A DNA stretch of 63,714 nucleotides, filler included. It is 8 parts of 8 records of this genome, joined end to end, with 100 filler letters (N's around TTAATTAATTAA, not from the genome) between each part and the next. Parts side by side here need not be neighbours in the genome. Positions count along the whole stretch, not along the records: positions 8,058 to 16,600 come from SRR15195285_290; positions 16,701 to 21,083 come from SRR15195285_295; positions 21,184 to 32,727 come from SRR15195285_299; 5 more parts are not named here. One strand, given 5' to 3'. The position numbers and the translations under genes were made by a program. A model generated the notes under the pieces. It searched no databases. It was not told the DNA's origin and saw only the letters and a program-made list of their open reading frames with translations. This document shows, one piece after another, positions 11,401-21,408 of this stretch. Numbering within the stretch: the stretch's first letter is position 1; the number at the start of each line of letters is the position of its first letter.

Positions 11401-12878
11401 ATGGATGAGGACGGAGATGGTCGCATCTCCTACGCAGAGTTCATGAAGTACTTTGGAAAGGGCCAAGCAGATGAGCGGGCGTTGATGGGTACCATTGATA
11501 ATATGCCTATCAAACAAGTCAGGCAGCTTGTCCTGGACAAGGTGCGCGGGCGTCTTGTAGGCGGGCCCTCCGAGCTGCGACGCACATACCAGTTCTTCGA
11601 TCGTGATGGTTCTGGCTCGATTGAGTACCCAGAGTTCCGCCGAGTTATGAAGGAGCATGTCGGGCTGCAGTTTTCAGACAAGATCTTTGCGGAGCTGATG
11701 AAAGTCTACGACGACGATGGCAAAGGCCTGATCGATTTCCGTAAGTTCACAGAAAACGTCATGGAGAGCAAGCAGAGCGATAATACGTCGGTGATGAACA
11801 ACGAAGCTATGACACGCACTGGCGATGACTTCGGCAACTCTGAGCAGGCACTGCGACGCCGGGTGCGCGAAAACTGGAAGAATCTACACGTCGCATTTCA
11901 GCATGCTACCAACGAAAGTGGCGAGATGACACCAGTGCAGCTGCGTGAGGTTCTGTACCGCTTTGACATTATCATGGCAGACAAACAGTTCAACGCGCTC
12001 GTCGCGAAAATGGATGAAGATGCCGATGGAATGTTAAGCTACCAGGAGTTCATGAAGTACTTTGGTGTCGGCTCAGAGCATGATAAAAATGTAGTAGGCA
12101 CTATCACTGGGATCAGCGTCGATGATGCGATCACCATGATCCGAGACAAGGTAAGAGGAAGGCTACGCAGCGGTCCGTCGGAGCTGCGGCGCACATTTCA
12201 ATTTTTCGATCGAGACGGATCGGGTTACGTGGATTTCAAGGAGATGGCAGAGACACTGAAGCTCTCGTGTGGCATTCAGTTCGAAGATGCTTTGCTCAAG
12301 CAGGTAAGTGGGTGCAGGACAACAGTTTGACCTCTGAGCCTTACGCGTCGTTCTCACAAGTTCGAACTTGCCATGCAGGTAATCGATCGCTTCGACCCAG
12401 ATCGTATTGGCGAGCTAGACTTCGTAAATTTCACTGCACTTGTCAGTGGTAGCAGCGAGGACGACGGGACGTCATTCGAATCGCCTACAACGCGAAAGCC
12501 CAAAAAACGCAAAAACGTTCGCCTGAGCTCGCGGCCGACATCCATTGGATCGATCCCGGTGTGTGCTTGCGCCCAGTTGCCCGTGTGATCACAACCGCGG
12601 GTCGGGCTAGCCCGAACGCAGCGTTGGCATCCATTCTTACGCACAGCGTGTTTTCGTTGGTACGACAGGAGGGTCGCGTCTCGAGCCAGGGCATAGACCG
12701 ACCCAGCCCTAGTATTCTCAAACGAATCGACGAGCGAATTGCAAAGCAAGAGGCGAAGCATGAGGAATCTATGTTGCGGATAACGGGCTCCTCGTTTGGG
12801 GGCGATCGCACGGGCGGGAGCAGCTTCCAGATGAGCATGGGCAGTGCTAACTCCTCCATTCTACTGCCACCTGTGTGA
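8415..12878 (+). CDS. Giant EF-hand repeat calcium-binding protein (EFCAB6-like), six ~200-aa repeats
   Basis: Introns at 8526-8631, 8731-8797, 8960-9039, 12304-12378 and 12559-12668. Six copies of GP(AG/SE)LRR(A/T)(F/Y)QF(F/M)D.DGSG.(I/V), plus many DxDGxGxI EF-hand loops. Confidence 0.85.
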
Positions 12879-13021
12879 AACTCCATAAACAGTGGAATGT
12901 ACTAACGGCTGGGCATACGGATGATCACTGTAGTAGACACTCGCGATCTCGATCCATGCGCATTGTGGTTTGAGAGATAAAATGCAGATGGCATCAATAC
13001 AACACTCCTTCATTCATCCTG

Positions 13022-16000
13022 TCATTTGTCATAGACTGGGTTTTCGACTGACTTTGCGTCGGTTGCTTCAGTTTCACCAGGGAACGCCTTAGCGCCTAAG
13101 AAAATTGTCAAACCCATCGTCGCCAGTGTGCAAAATCCCATGACGGACAATGGATCTGCAGTGCAGGTGCACGAATGGCGTCTCAGCAAAAGCCAAATTC
13201 TGGGCCTAGATGCATCCATTTGTGCCGGCCAGGTGACAGCAGACGGGCGCGCGCGCACATACAGACTAGAGCAGTCAAAAGGCGAGGCAGCGCCGGAAAC
13301 GCACAGGCAATCCAGTACATCGAGACGACAACGTCACAGCAGATCGGCGATTTGAGGTCGTAGTACGCCTTTGATAGGCGTGGGCACCCAAGCAAGCCGA
13401 AGGCTCGTGATATAACAGGAGGCACGTCCTCACCCACGATGCTTGTCACTCGTACGATCGCATCAATGACTCCTGGGCGCAATTCCATCCCGGAGTCTCC
13501 CATCCCGTCCGCCATCGTCTCGACTAATTCACCTGCGTTTGCAGCCATGGCCTGCACTACATCGATCAGTATTTGTTCCAGCGCGTCCAGCGTGGCCGCG
13601 ATACCGGCACCGGCAGGTCCCTGGCAATCTTCTGTGAGGTAGAATCTCATGAGGTCAGGCATGTTATCGGTCGTAATATCTTCGATCGGAGCACCCGTGT
13701 AGTTGAAGTTGGGAAGGCTGTTCAACATGTCCATTATTTGTGCGCTCTCCATCACTGTGACCGTGCCTGCAGTGGGGTTCCATTCTGGTCTTGATGCGAG
13801 AGTCACGTCGATCAGTACCTCTTCGATATCTTGGCACGCATCAGAGGCGAATATCATGGGCGGGTGTGCGACCCCTGACAAGATTAGGGACGCCGGTCCC
13901 CAGAGAAAGAACAAAAAGCACATCAGCTTCCACAGCAGCAGCTTGTTCGTAGCAAGCGCTATCAGTCCTAGGACGGAGCCAAATGTAGCCATCGTGCTGA
14001 CGATGGTGAACAGCTGCGTGCGAGCTATCGGCAGGTCGTTGCCACGATTTTCGTCAAAGTAGTTGAGTGTGTTGTCATAGCAGGCAAGCTTCTGGCATGA
14101 AGGTTGCTCCTCATACGGTTGACTCTCTGGTTGCGCAGGGTAATAAACGCAGATATCTGTGTCACTCTCAGACAGCTGGCAACCTGTCTCGTCCAATGTC
14201 AGGGCACATGACAAACCACCGGTGCACTCCGCCGGCGTGGCAGGATCTGTGACTGTCCTCGTTGGGTAAGGTTCACCTGATTCCTGAATCGACACGCCCC
14301 ATTCCCCATTGGCCGGTGGTCTTTTCAAGGTCTCGTACGCATCGTCGGCCTGGTCCAGAGCGTCTCGTCCGCCCGCGACTCCGTCCCGTATTTGCGCCAA
14401 GATGCCGTCCAGGGATCCTTGCAGGTCCTCGATCGGTGAGACAAGAGACTCCAGGCCATCCCCGAGGGGTGTTGCGAGCCCGTCTAGCAGGCAGATGGTG
14501 ACCTGGTTTAGCATCATGGCGTCCATAACGCTGATGATATCCATGATCTCGGCGGGCAGCGCGAGGACATTGTCATAGATGGCATTCACCGTGTCCACCG
14601 TCTTGATCTGTACGCACTCGGTCTCTTCAGTGGGTACTGGTGATGTATAGACGCGCTTGTAAACGACATCGATCGGTTGAGTTGACGAATATTCTGCCAC
14701 GACTCCTGCCGCGTATCCATCTGCACTGCCCGTCGTGCTGTCGTACTGGCATTGGTCGTTGAGCCACAGAACGCAATCCACCTCGATCTCTTCCCCACTG
14801 TTGTCAGTTTGCATGCTCCACTGTGCGCCTGTACAGCCGCTTTGACCAACGAGGCAAAAAATCGCGCACTTCCCTTGATCGGGCAATTCATCAAGGATTA
14901 CGTTGGGCCCCAGGCTGTTGCCCAAAACGTAGTCCTCGTCTACTGTGTAGGCGCTTATATCACATTTTCCCGTCGACGGCGGTGAGCCCTCGGGGCCGTC
15001 ACCGTCGCCAGCCCAAGCAAAGAATTGGCTCATCAACTCGTCGTAGTTCGGTGCTGCGCAGGAAGCTCCGATGCCCTGCATGCAAGTGGCCGCCTCCTGT
15101 AGCGCTACGGGATCTGCGTGATCGAAGATCATGCTTCTGACCACTTCAACCTGGTTATGTACCGTATCGCCCACGTCTAGCAGATCGTGCCCGACCCCTC
15201 CTAGCCCGATCCAGTCGTCCGCGTAGGTGAATAGGCCTTCGACGGAGTGAATGGCGTTGTGCATACTGTCATTCAGGCTCCTGTTGCCCAATACTTCCAT
15301 GGAGTTGGCCATGAATATAGTTGCGAGCAAAAGCAAACCCAGAATCCCACGGGCCCCCCACATAACTGGCGGCGCGGGCTGTTCCTCCATCTTCTTTTTT
15401 CTCAGGCAGCAGCACGACAGCACAGCTCCGAACAGCGACAAGATAGCCTGCACGACGAGCCAGGCAGCATAATACGCCACTGCCAAGATGTAGTTGGCCG
15501 GATGCGTCTCTGGAGTAATGAGGTCCCACTCCATGGCGGCCGCGTGCGTTTGCCACGCCGGGTCCGACAACATGCTGTACTGGCAGCCTGCGTTGGGATC
15601 GAAGTACTGGCAGCACGGATATTCATCGCACTCCGTCGCCGAACCGGGGGAGCCCAGCGCCTCGCACGCCAGCTTGCTCGCCGCAGCGTCGCCACTGAGA
15701 TCTGCAGCTGCGCACCCCAGAAATGGATCCACAGTATCGCTCGGCGTACACGCTTCGACCGCCGCTTGACCTTCGATACGCGGGCACGGTTCTCTGTACT
15801 CCATCCACTGCAGATAGGCCGCACCGTCGCGTCACACAAAGGCCAGACCTACGGCTCGGCGAAGGATGGGACGCGCACCACATAGTCGTCCATGTGCGCC
15901 TTCACAGTGGTGAGCCAGGGCTTCATGCGACCCCACTCGCTCACGTCCTGCGCGGCGCGCAGGGCGTCAGTCTGCGCCGCTGCAGTCAGGGAAAGCGGGC

Positions 16001-16516
16001 CAGGGATCCGTCAGTGCGACTGACGCCTGCCGATCGACCATACGCACCGCAGTGTTGGAGCCGGTGTGGCGCCTCCCGCAGGGCGCTGGGGAAGGACACA
16101 CAGACACACACACAGCAAGACGCTCAGCGAGTACCACACATCACCGGAAAGCTACCGCCCCCAGCTTCCCACCCAGAGGGACGAGAGCCGTGGGGCGTAC
16201 TACTAGGGGGGGCCCGCCGCACACACACACACTTCGTCTCTCTCTGTCTCCTTCTCTCTCTCTGCGTGCGTGCGTGTGGCGACTGTGTGGCAACTGTGTC
16301 TCTGTCTCACTATAATTCTCTCTCTGCACTCTCTCTCTCTCTCTGTATTGATCTCCCTATCTCTCTCTACAGCATCGCGCATCGCTCACCTGTGAACTCA
16401 TCCTGCTCGTCATACTCCGGGTAGCCATACGTCTCATCCCCACGCACGCTCTGCAGCAGCAGCAGCAGCCCAAGCCCCCACACCAACGCAACGCCCAACG
16501 AACCCAACCCCGCCAT
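13022..16516 (-). CDS. Prominin/Tweety-like multi-pass membrane glycoprotein
   Basis: Signal-peptide exon 16516-16390, a short second exon (~15979-15878), the main ORF from ~15807 and a last exon ending NPVYDK at 13022. About five TM segments, a Cys cluster after TM1 (SCCCLRKKK), an SDAC motif and a GCPRLSKAYYDLKSPICC segment before the last TM. Confidence 0.6.
16215..16370. repeat. Imperfect (CA)n/(CT)n microsatellite in the first intron of the prominin-like gene
   Basis: acacacacac and ctctctctct tracts read directly. Confidence 0.8.
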
Positions 16517-16600
16517 ACCCAAGACTGGCAGAGCCTGCAGTGACGCAACCACCCACAGTCTGTAGTATGAAGGGGTGAGAACGCGCGGCGATCACTTTTT

Positions 16601-16700
16601 NNNNNNNNNNNNNNNNNNNNNNNNNNNNNNNNNNNNNNNNNNNNTTAATTAATTAANNNNNNNNNNNNNNNNNNNNNNNNNNNNNNNNNNNNNNNNNNNN
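16601..16700. other. Artificial contig-joining spacer
   Basis: N44-TTAATTAATTAA-N44. Confidence 0.98.
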
Positions 16701-16853
16701 AGCCTACGGTCACATCGTCCTCTGTTTATTAATGTAGGTGATACGCGCCGCCCGGTCGTCGCCGGTCCCGCGTCCTCGACGCGTCCATTCGATCCGTGCA
16801 GCACGCGACGACGGCAGTGGCGCCTATCCGGTCCGTCGGGTTTCGTGGAGACG

Positions 16854-18911
16854 ATGATGAAGTCCCTACCCCTCGCGCTCCTGGTGGGTGCCCTGAGAGG
16901 CGCCCGCGGTGAAGAGCAGGAGAATGCTCCCTTGGAGTGCAACGCTGCCGACTGCTGCCATGCCAAGATCCAGGGCATGTGCGCCGGCAACACGCACGAC
17001 GCGGCCGGGAATCTCATGGGCGAGTACAATTACGTATCGACCGACTTCTTCTGTCCGCGCGGCTACATGAACAAGGACGTGGCGACATCGCGAGGCATCC
17101 CAATACCGGCAACGCAAGGGGAAGCGGTAATGAAGTGCTGCAGCTGTGAAAGGGGCTACCATGTAGTGGGGAACTCTTGCGTGGCTTGTCCTTATGGGAG
17201 ATTCCGACCTGCGGGTGACGACCCGGTGGAACCGGACACCGTATGCGTGGCGAACTCCAGGTGTGGCAGCTACACCTGTCCGACTAGCATGAAGCTAATC
17301 ACCGACAGCCAGATCACAAGTTGCGCCTCAAACGATGCGGAGACGGGAAGGTGTACGGCGGGGAGCATGGATAATGACATGGAATGCTGCGAACCGAGCA
17401 CGTGTCTATCGCCCGCCGTTGACAGCTTCATTCCTATGGGCTATGCCATCGAGACTAATACTGGTACCACCGTCTCCGAGCTCGGCGCCATCTCGTGTGC
17501 TTCTGGATATGTCGGCACGCCTCTCGTCACGTGTGATAGCGAAGGGGGGTCCTTCGCCTTCAGTGGTTGCGCGGCTAGGGTCGCATGCAGCACTGCCACT
17601 TGCCCCGCTGGCTACATCGACGATGCTAGCGCCTCCGCCGCTCTATGCGTGGGTGCAACGTGCGATTTTACTACTGGTGACCTCGCAACCTGTTGTCACG
17701 AAAATGTTTGTACGCCACCACGATCCTCCGCGCCCGATGGTTACGTCATCGGCATTGACACCGGCGGCACCGTCTCCGGCCTCGGCACGGTCCGGTGCGC
17801 CTTTGAATATGCTGGCACAGCTCTCGTCACCTGTGATAGCGACGGCGGACCGTTTGGTTTTAGTGGCTGCTCGCCTAGGGCTACATGCGGCAGTAGCAGC
17901 CCGTGCCCAGCCGGCTACAGCGATAATGATGGCGCCTCCACCACTCTATGCGTGGGAGCAACGTGCGACCTCGACACTAGTGATCTCACCACTTGTTGTA
18001 GCGAAAATACGTGCACGCCACCTCAATCCTCCGTACCAGAAGGCTACACGGTTTCGGCTAGCGCTGGCACCACCGTCTCTAGCCTGGGCATCGTCGAGTG
18101 CTCACCGTATGGATACGCCGGAACGGCTATCGTCACTTGTGAAACAGAGGGCGGGTCGTTCACCTTTGACGGTTGCTCGGTCAAAACCACAGCTCAGTAC
18201 TGCACCGACGCAGCTGACACTGATAATGACGACGACAGCATGCTTGACAACTTTGTGTGTGACGCTGATACGTTCGCGCTTCCAATGGTGATTGAAGAGT
18301 GTACACCAAGCACCGGCACTGGCACCTGCATCGTCACCACCCCGGCCACAGAATACGAGTTGTTGAGTTATGTTGCCCACGGCGTGCCCTCTTGGGCCGC
18401 AGCGCGGCATTGCACGGCCACCGATCTTCCCACTGATGCCACCGATACGACCTGCCATTACTTTGTCATCGAAGCCACTTGTCCACAGCGATGCCATCGA
18501 GGGTCTGGAGTACGCACGGGTTACTCAGTCGCCAATCCTCTTGCGGACACGATTGACGGCCTAGGTGAGATCGCATGTACTTTCAGTGGAGTACCGGAGG
18601 TAACTTGCGAGGGCACAGGCCAGTTTTCTTTCCGTGGATGCTGCGACAACTCGAGCATGTACGCAGCACAGAGTGCCGTGTGTTGCCACGGCTTCAGCAC
18701 CGAGCCGTCGGTCGTGAGCGGATCTTGCACCGAATGTACGGGCAGTGGACCGACCGAATGTGCGAATGCCACGTGTGCAGAAGGTTTCCACTCCTTTGTT
18801 GATGGCAAATGCTCCAGGGATATCAGGGTTGGCGACAAAGCATCCTCCGCGACTGCCTTGGGTATTGCTGCTTCCTTGTTGGCTCTTGGCCTTGTGATAC
18901 AGCGGGTTTGA
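16854..18911 (+). CDS. Cysteine-rich repeat cell-surface protein, probably GPI-anchored
   Basis: Signal peptide MMKSLPLALLVGALRGARG. Repeated GY...TVS.LG...C..Y.GT..VTC...GG.F.F.GC modules. The C-terminus has small residues followed by a hydrophobic tail (SSATALGIAASLLALGLVIQRV). Confidence 0.75.
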   Translation: MMKSLPLALLVGALRGARGEEQENAPLECNAADCCHAKIQGMCAGNTHDAAGNLMGEYNYVSTDFFCPRGYMNKDVATSRGIPIPATQGEAVMKCCSCERGYHVVGNSCVACPYGRFRPAGDDPVEPDTVCVANSRCGSYTCPTSMKLITDSQITSCASNDAETGRCTAGSMDNDMECCEPSTCLSPAVDSFIPMGYAIETNTGTTVSELGAISCASGYVGTPLVTCDSEGGSFAFSGCAARVACSTATCPAGYIDDASASAALCVGATCDFTTGDLATCCHENVCTPPRSSAPDGYVIGIDTGGTVSGLGTVRCAFEYAGTALVTCDSDGGPFGFSGCSPRATCGSSSPCPAGYSDNDGASTTLCVGATCDLDTSDLTTCCSENTCTPPQSSVPEGYTVSASAGTTVSSLGIVECSPYGYAGTAIVTCETEGGSFTFDGCSVKTTAQYCTDAADTDNDDDSMLDNFVCDADTFALPMVIEECTPSTGTGTCIVTTPATEYELLSYVAHGVPSWAAARHCTATDLPTDATDTTCHYFVIEATCPQRCHRGSGVRTGYSVANPLADTIDGLGEIACTFSGVPEVTCEGTGQFSFRGCCDNSSMYAAQSAVCCHGFSTEPSVVSGSCTECTGSGPTECANATCAEGFHSFVDGKCSRDIRVGDKASSATALGIAASLLALGLVIQRV

Positions 18912-19351
18912 GCGTCTCTACATTTCATTAGAGCACCGACGCGTGTGCTCGAAACATAAATTGAGAAACCTGGTCGAGGTGAACGTCGCATTTACAGTAT
19001 CGCCACAGCATCCTCCACGCCCACGTTCCTTTTTCATCATGGAACTCATCGCATTCTCTTGTCAATTGAAAACATATGACGCCACCTAAGCGCCACGGCA
19101 CCCATGGCGAAATCAAGCCGCAGCAGCCCAACCCTGAGCAGCCCAACCACAGTACTAGCAGCATGTATGGCTCTAATTCGACTGACGGGAAATCCAGTAC
19201 TGGTAATGACGGATCTCCAACGTGAGTGAGGTGGCGGCATCTCTGCGTAGCAGTATCTCGCCCCGCCCTCGACCAGCCTCACATGGGGCAAGCCGGTATT
19301 GATACCGATTTCGTGCGGTATAGCACCAGTAGTAGCTGCGGTTACTGGATG

Positions 19352-20768
19352 CTAATGTCCCGATCCTGTTGGTGCCGATGGCGGTGGCGACGGCTCGCTT
19401 GTCACGGGGTTGCCCCCGTCACACGAAGGGGGGTTCGTGCAGCCGCATCCCATAGCACACGAGTTGGGGCAGGCCTCCGCAGCATAGACGTAGCCGTCCG
19501 CTCCTTGGCCCTGGTCGGCACGGCAGCCCCACCATTCGTTGTGTGTGCCTCGATAATCTGTACACTTCTTGCCGTCCCACGAGCTCCACGTCGTATCGTC
19601 CGCACAGCTGCTATGCTGGCATTCATGACCAAAGAAACCGTTTGCGCAGCTGCAGGTGTACGCGCTGATCTTGTCTACGCAGGTTGCACCGTTTTGGCAA
19701 GGCTCGGAGGCGCAGTCATCGTGCTGCCTCGCGCAGCCCGAACCACACGTTACTTGGCACGCATCCATCGCACTCACTCCATGCGCGTCTACCTGTCCCT
19801 GTGTAGCGGTGGTGCGAGCGATACCAGACCCAGGAGGGTCGACGTCAGCAACACTTTCGAGACGAGAAAACGTCAGCGCAGCGTATCATCTACTACCACG
19901 CAAAGGACTACCATCATGGAAAGGAAGGACGCACCACGCAGTCGGGGGAGACAGTATTGCTGTCAGTATCTAGCGCACCGTAGAAGAGCTCGCACCCTCC
20001 ATCAAGCTCTGCGGCCGCGAGCGACGAGCTCGGCCCTACCCTCCAGTCCGGGTCATCTGCACATGGGCAGCTGCCGTCCGGCAGAAGCTCCGACAGACTG
20101 ACCGGCTGCTCGCACTGAAAGCCACAGTACCCTGTGGGGCAGCTGCACTCGAAGGCGCCCACTCCGGGCGCGTTTGCGCAGACGCCACCGTTCAGGCACA
20201 GCTGTATCCCAGCAAGGTCTGCAGCCGTGCAATCGTTCCACTCTGCTGCACACCCAGTGCCGCAAGAGACGGGGCAAGCTGACTTCGCAGCATTGGGGCA
20301 ATCCAAGATGTCGTCGGAGTAGATTTCACACCCGACAATCATCCCCCCAAAAGCAGTTCGGTACACTAGGCTGTCAATACAGTCAGGGTGCGGCGGAAGC
20401 TGTGGCGGTACCGCTGGCGGGACAGAGAGTGCGTCCGGATGCAAACGCATGCAGCTGTCCTGGAGCGCAGCGACGGCTGTGCTGAGCGCAGCTGCGCCGT
20501 CTGAGTTGAGCAGCGCGTCGAAGTGCTGCTGGCAGGCACCCGATCGCATCGCTGCAAGGTGGGCGGCGCAGCCAGGTGAGCCACACACCGTGGGAGCAGG
20601 GCCACCCTGACACGTAGTCGAACTGCAACACTGAGCGTTCAGCCCTTCGAGCTTCGCTGAGAACGTCTCGCCTGAGCACGCTCCGCCGCTGCAGTGCGGC
20701 AGGCCGAGTAGACCTGTGAGACCCAGTGGCACCAGCACCCGGACGAAGAGCGCACGCGCAGCACTCAT
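19352..20768 (-). CDS. Secreted EGF-like / ShK-like cysteine-rich protein
   Basis: Signal peptide and two EGF domains (CLNGGVC..CSCPTGYCGFQCE; CASEPCQNGATCVDKISAYTCSCANGFFGHEC) alternating with CADD..W...C..Y...ACP.SC modules. One GTGCGT..CAG intron at ~19934-19799. Confidence 0.75.
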
Positions 20769-21083
20769 TGCGCTGTTGGCCCGGACGAAGCTCCTTCCGG
20801 TCGCCGCCAGCTAGAGGGCCGTGCAGTAGTGCGTACGTAGTCTACTTACATACATGTAGGGGCTACAGGGCTACAGGCGGCGCCGCGTCCGTCTGCACGC
20901 CGATATACTCGTTGCCATTAATGTAGAGAGTCCTGCTGGTACGAATCGATACCAGTATGTGCACGCCGCCGGCCGTCGGCACGTGCCCTCGTGCCGCGGG
21001 CAACGGTGTGCAGTCCGGGAATCCGGCCAACTTTTGGATACTAGGAATCAGTGCTCAGCATGCATGAAAATCAGAATTTCTGA

Positions 21084-21183
21084 NNNNNNNNNNNNNNNNN
21101 NNNNNNNNNNNNNNNNNNNNNNNNNNNTTAATTAATTAANNNNNNNNNNNNNNNNNNNNNNNNNNNNNNNNNNNNNNNNNNNN
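21084..21183. other. Artificial contig-joining spacer
   Basis: N44-TTAATTAATTAA-N44. Confidence 0.98.
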
Positions 21184-21408
21184 CACTTGGTGTGGAGGGG
21201 CGGCGGTGGGTGGGGAGGTGAGTGGGTGGGTGGGGTGGGTGTGGGGAGGCTGGTGTTTTTTGGCGTTGGCGGAGGCACAGGGGGAGTTGTTGTTGGTTGG
21301 TGGTGGTTCCTGCTGCGCCTTGCCGTTGCTTGATCTTCGCTCCTGCTGGTTGTGGCTACGCGGGAGTGTGGCGTAGGGGTACGGGGGAGGGGCGGTTGCT
21401 GGGGGGGG

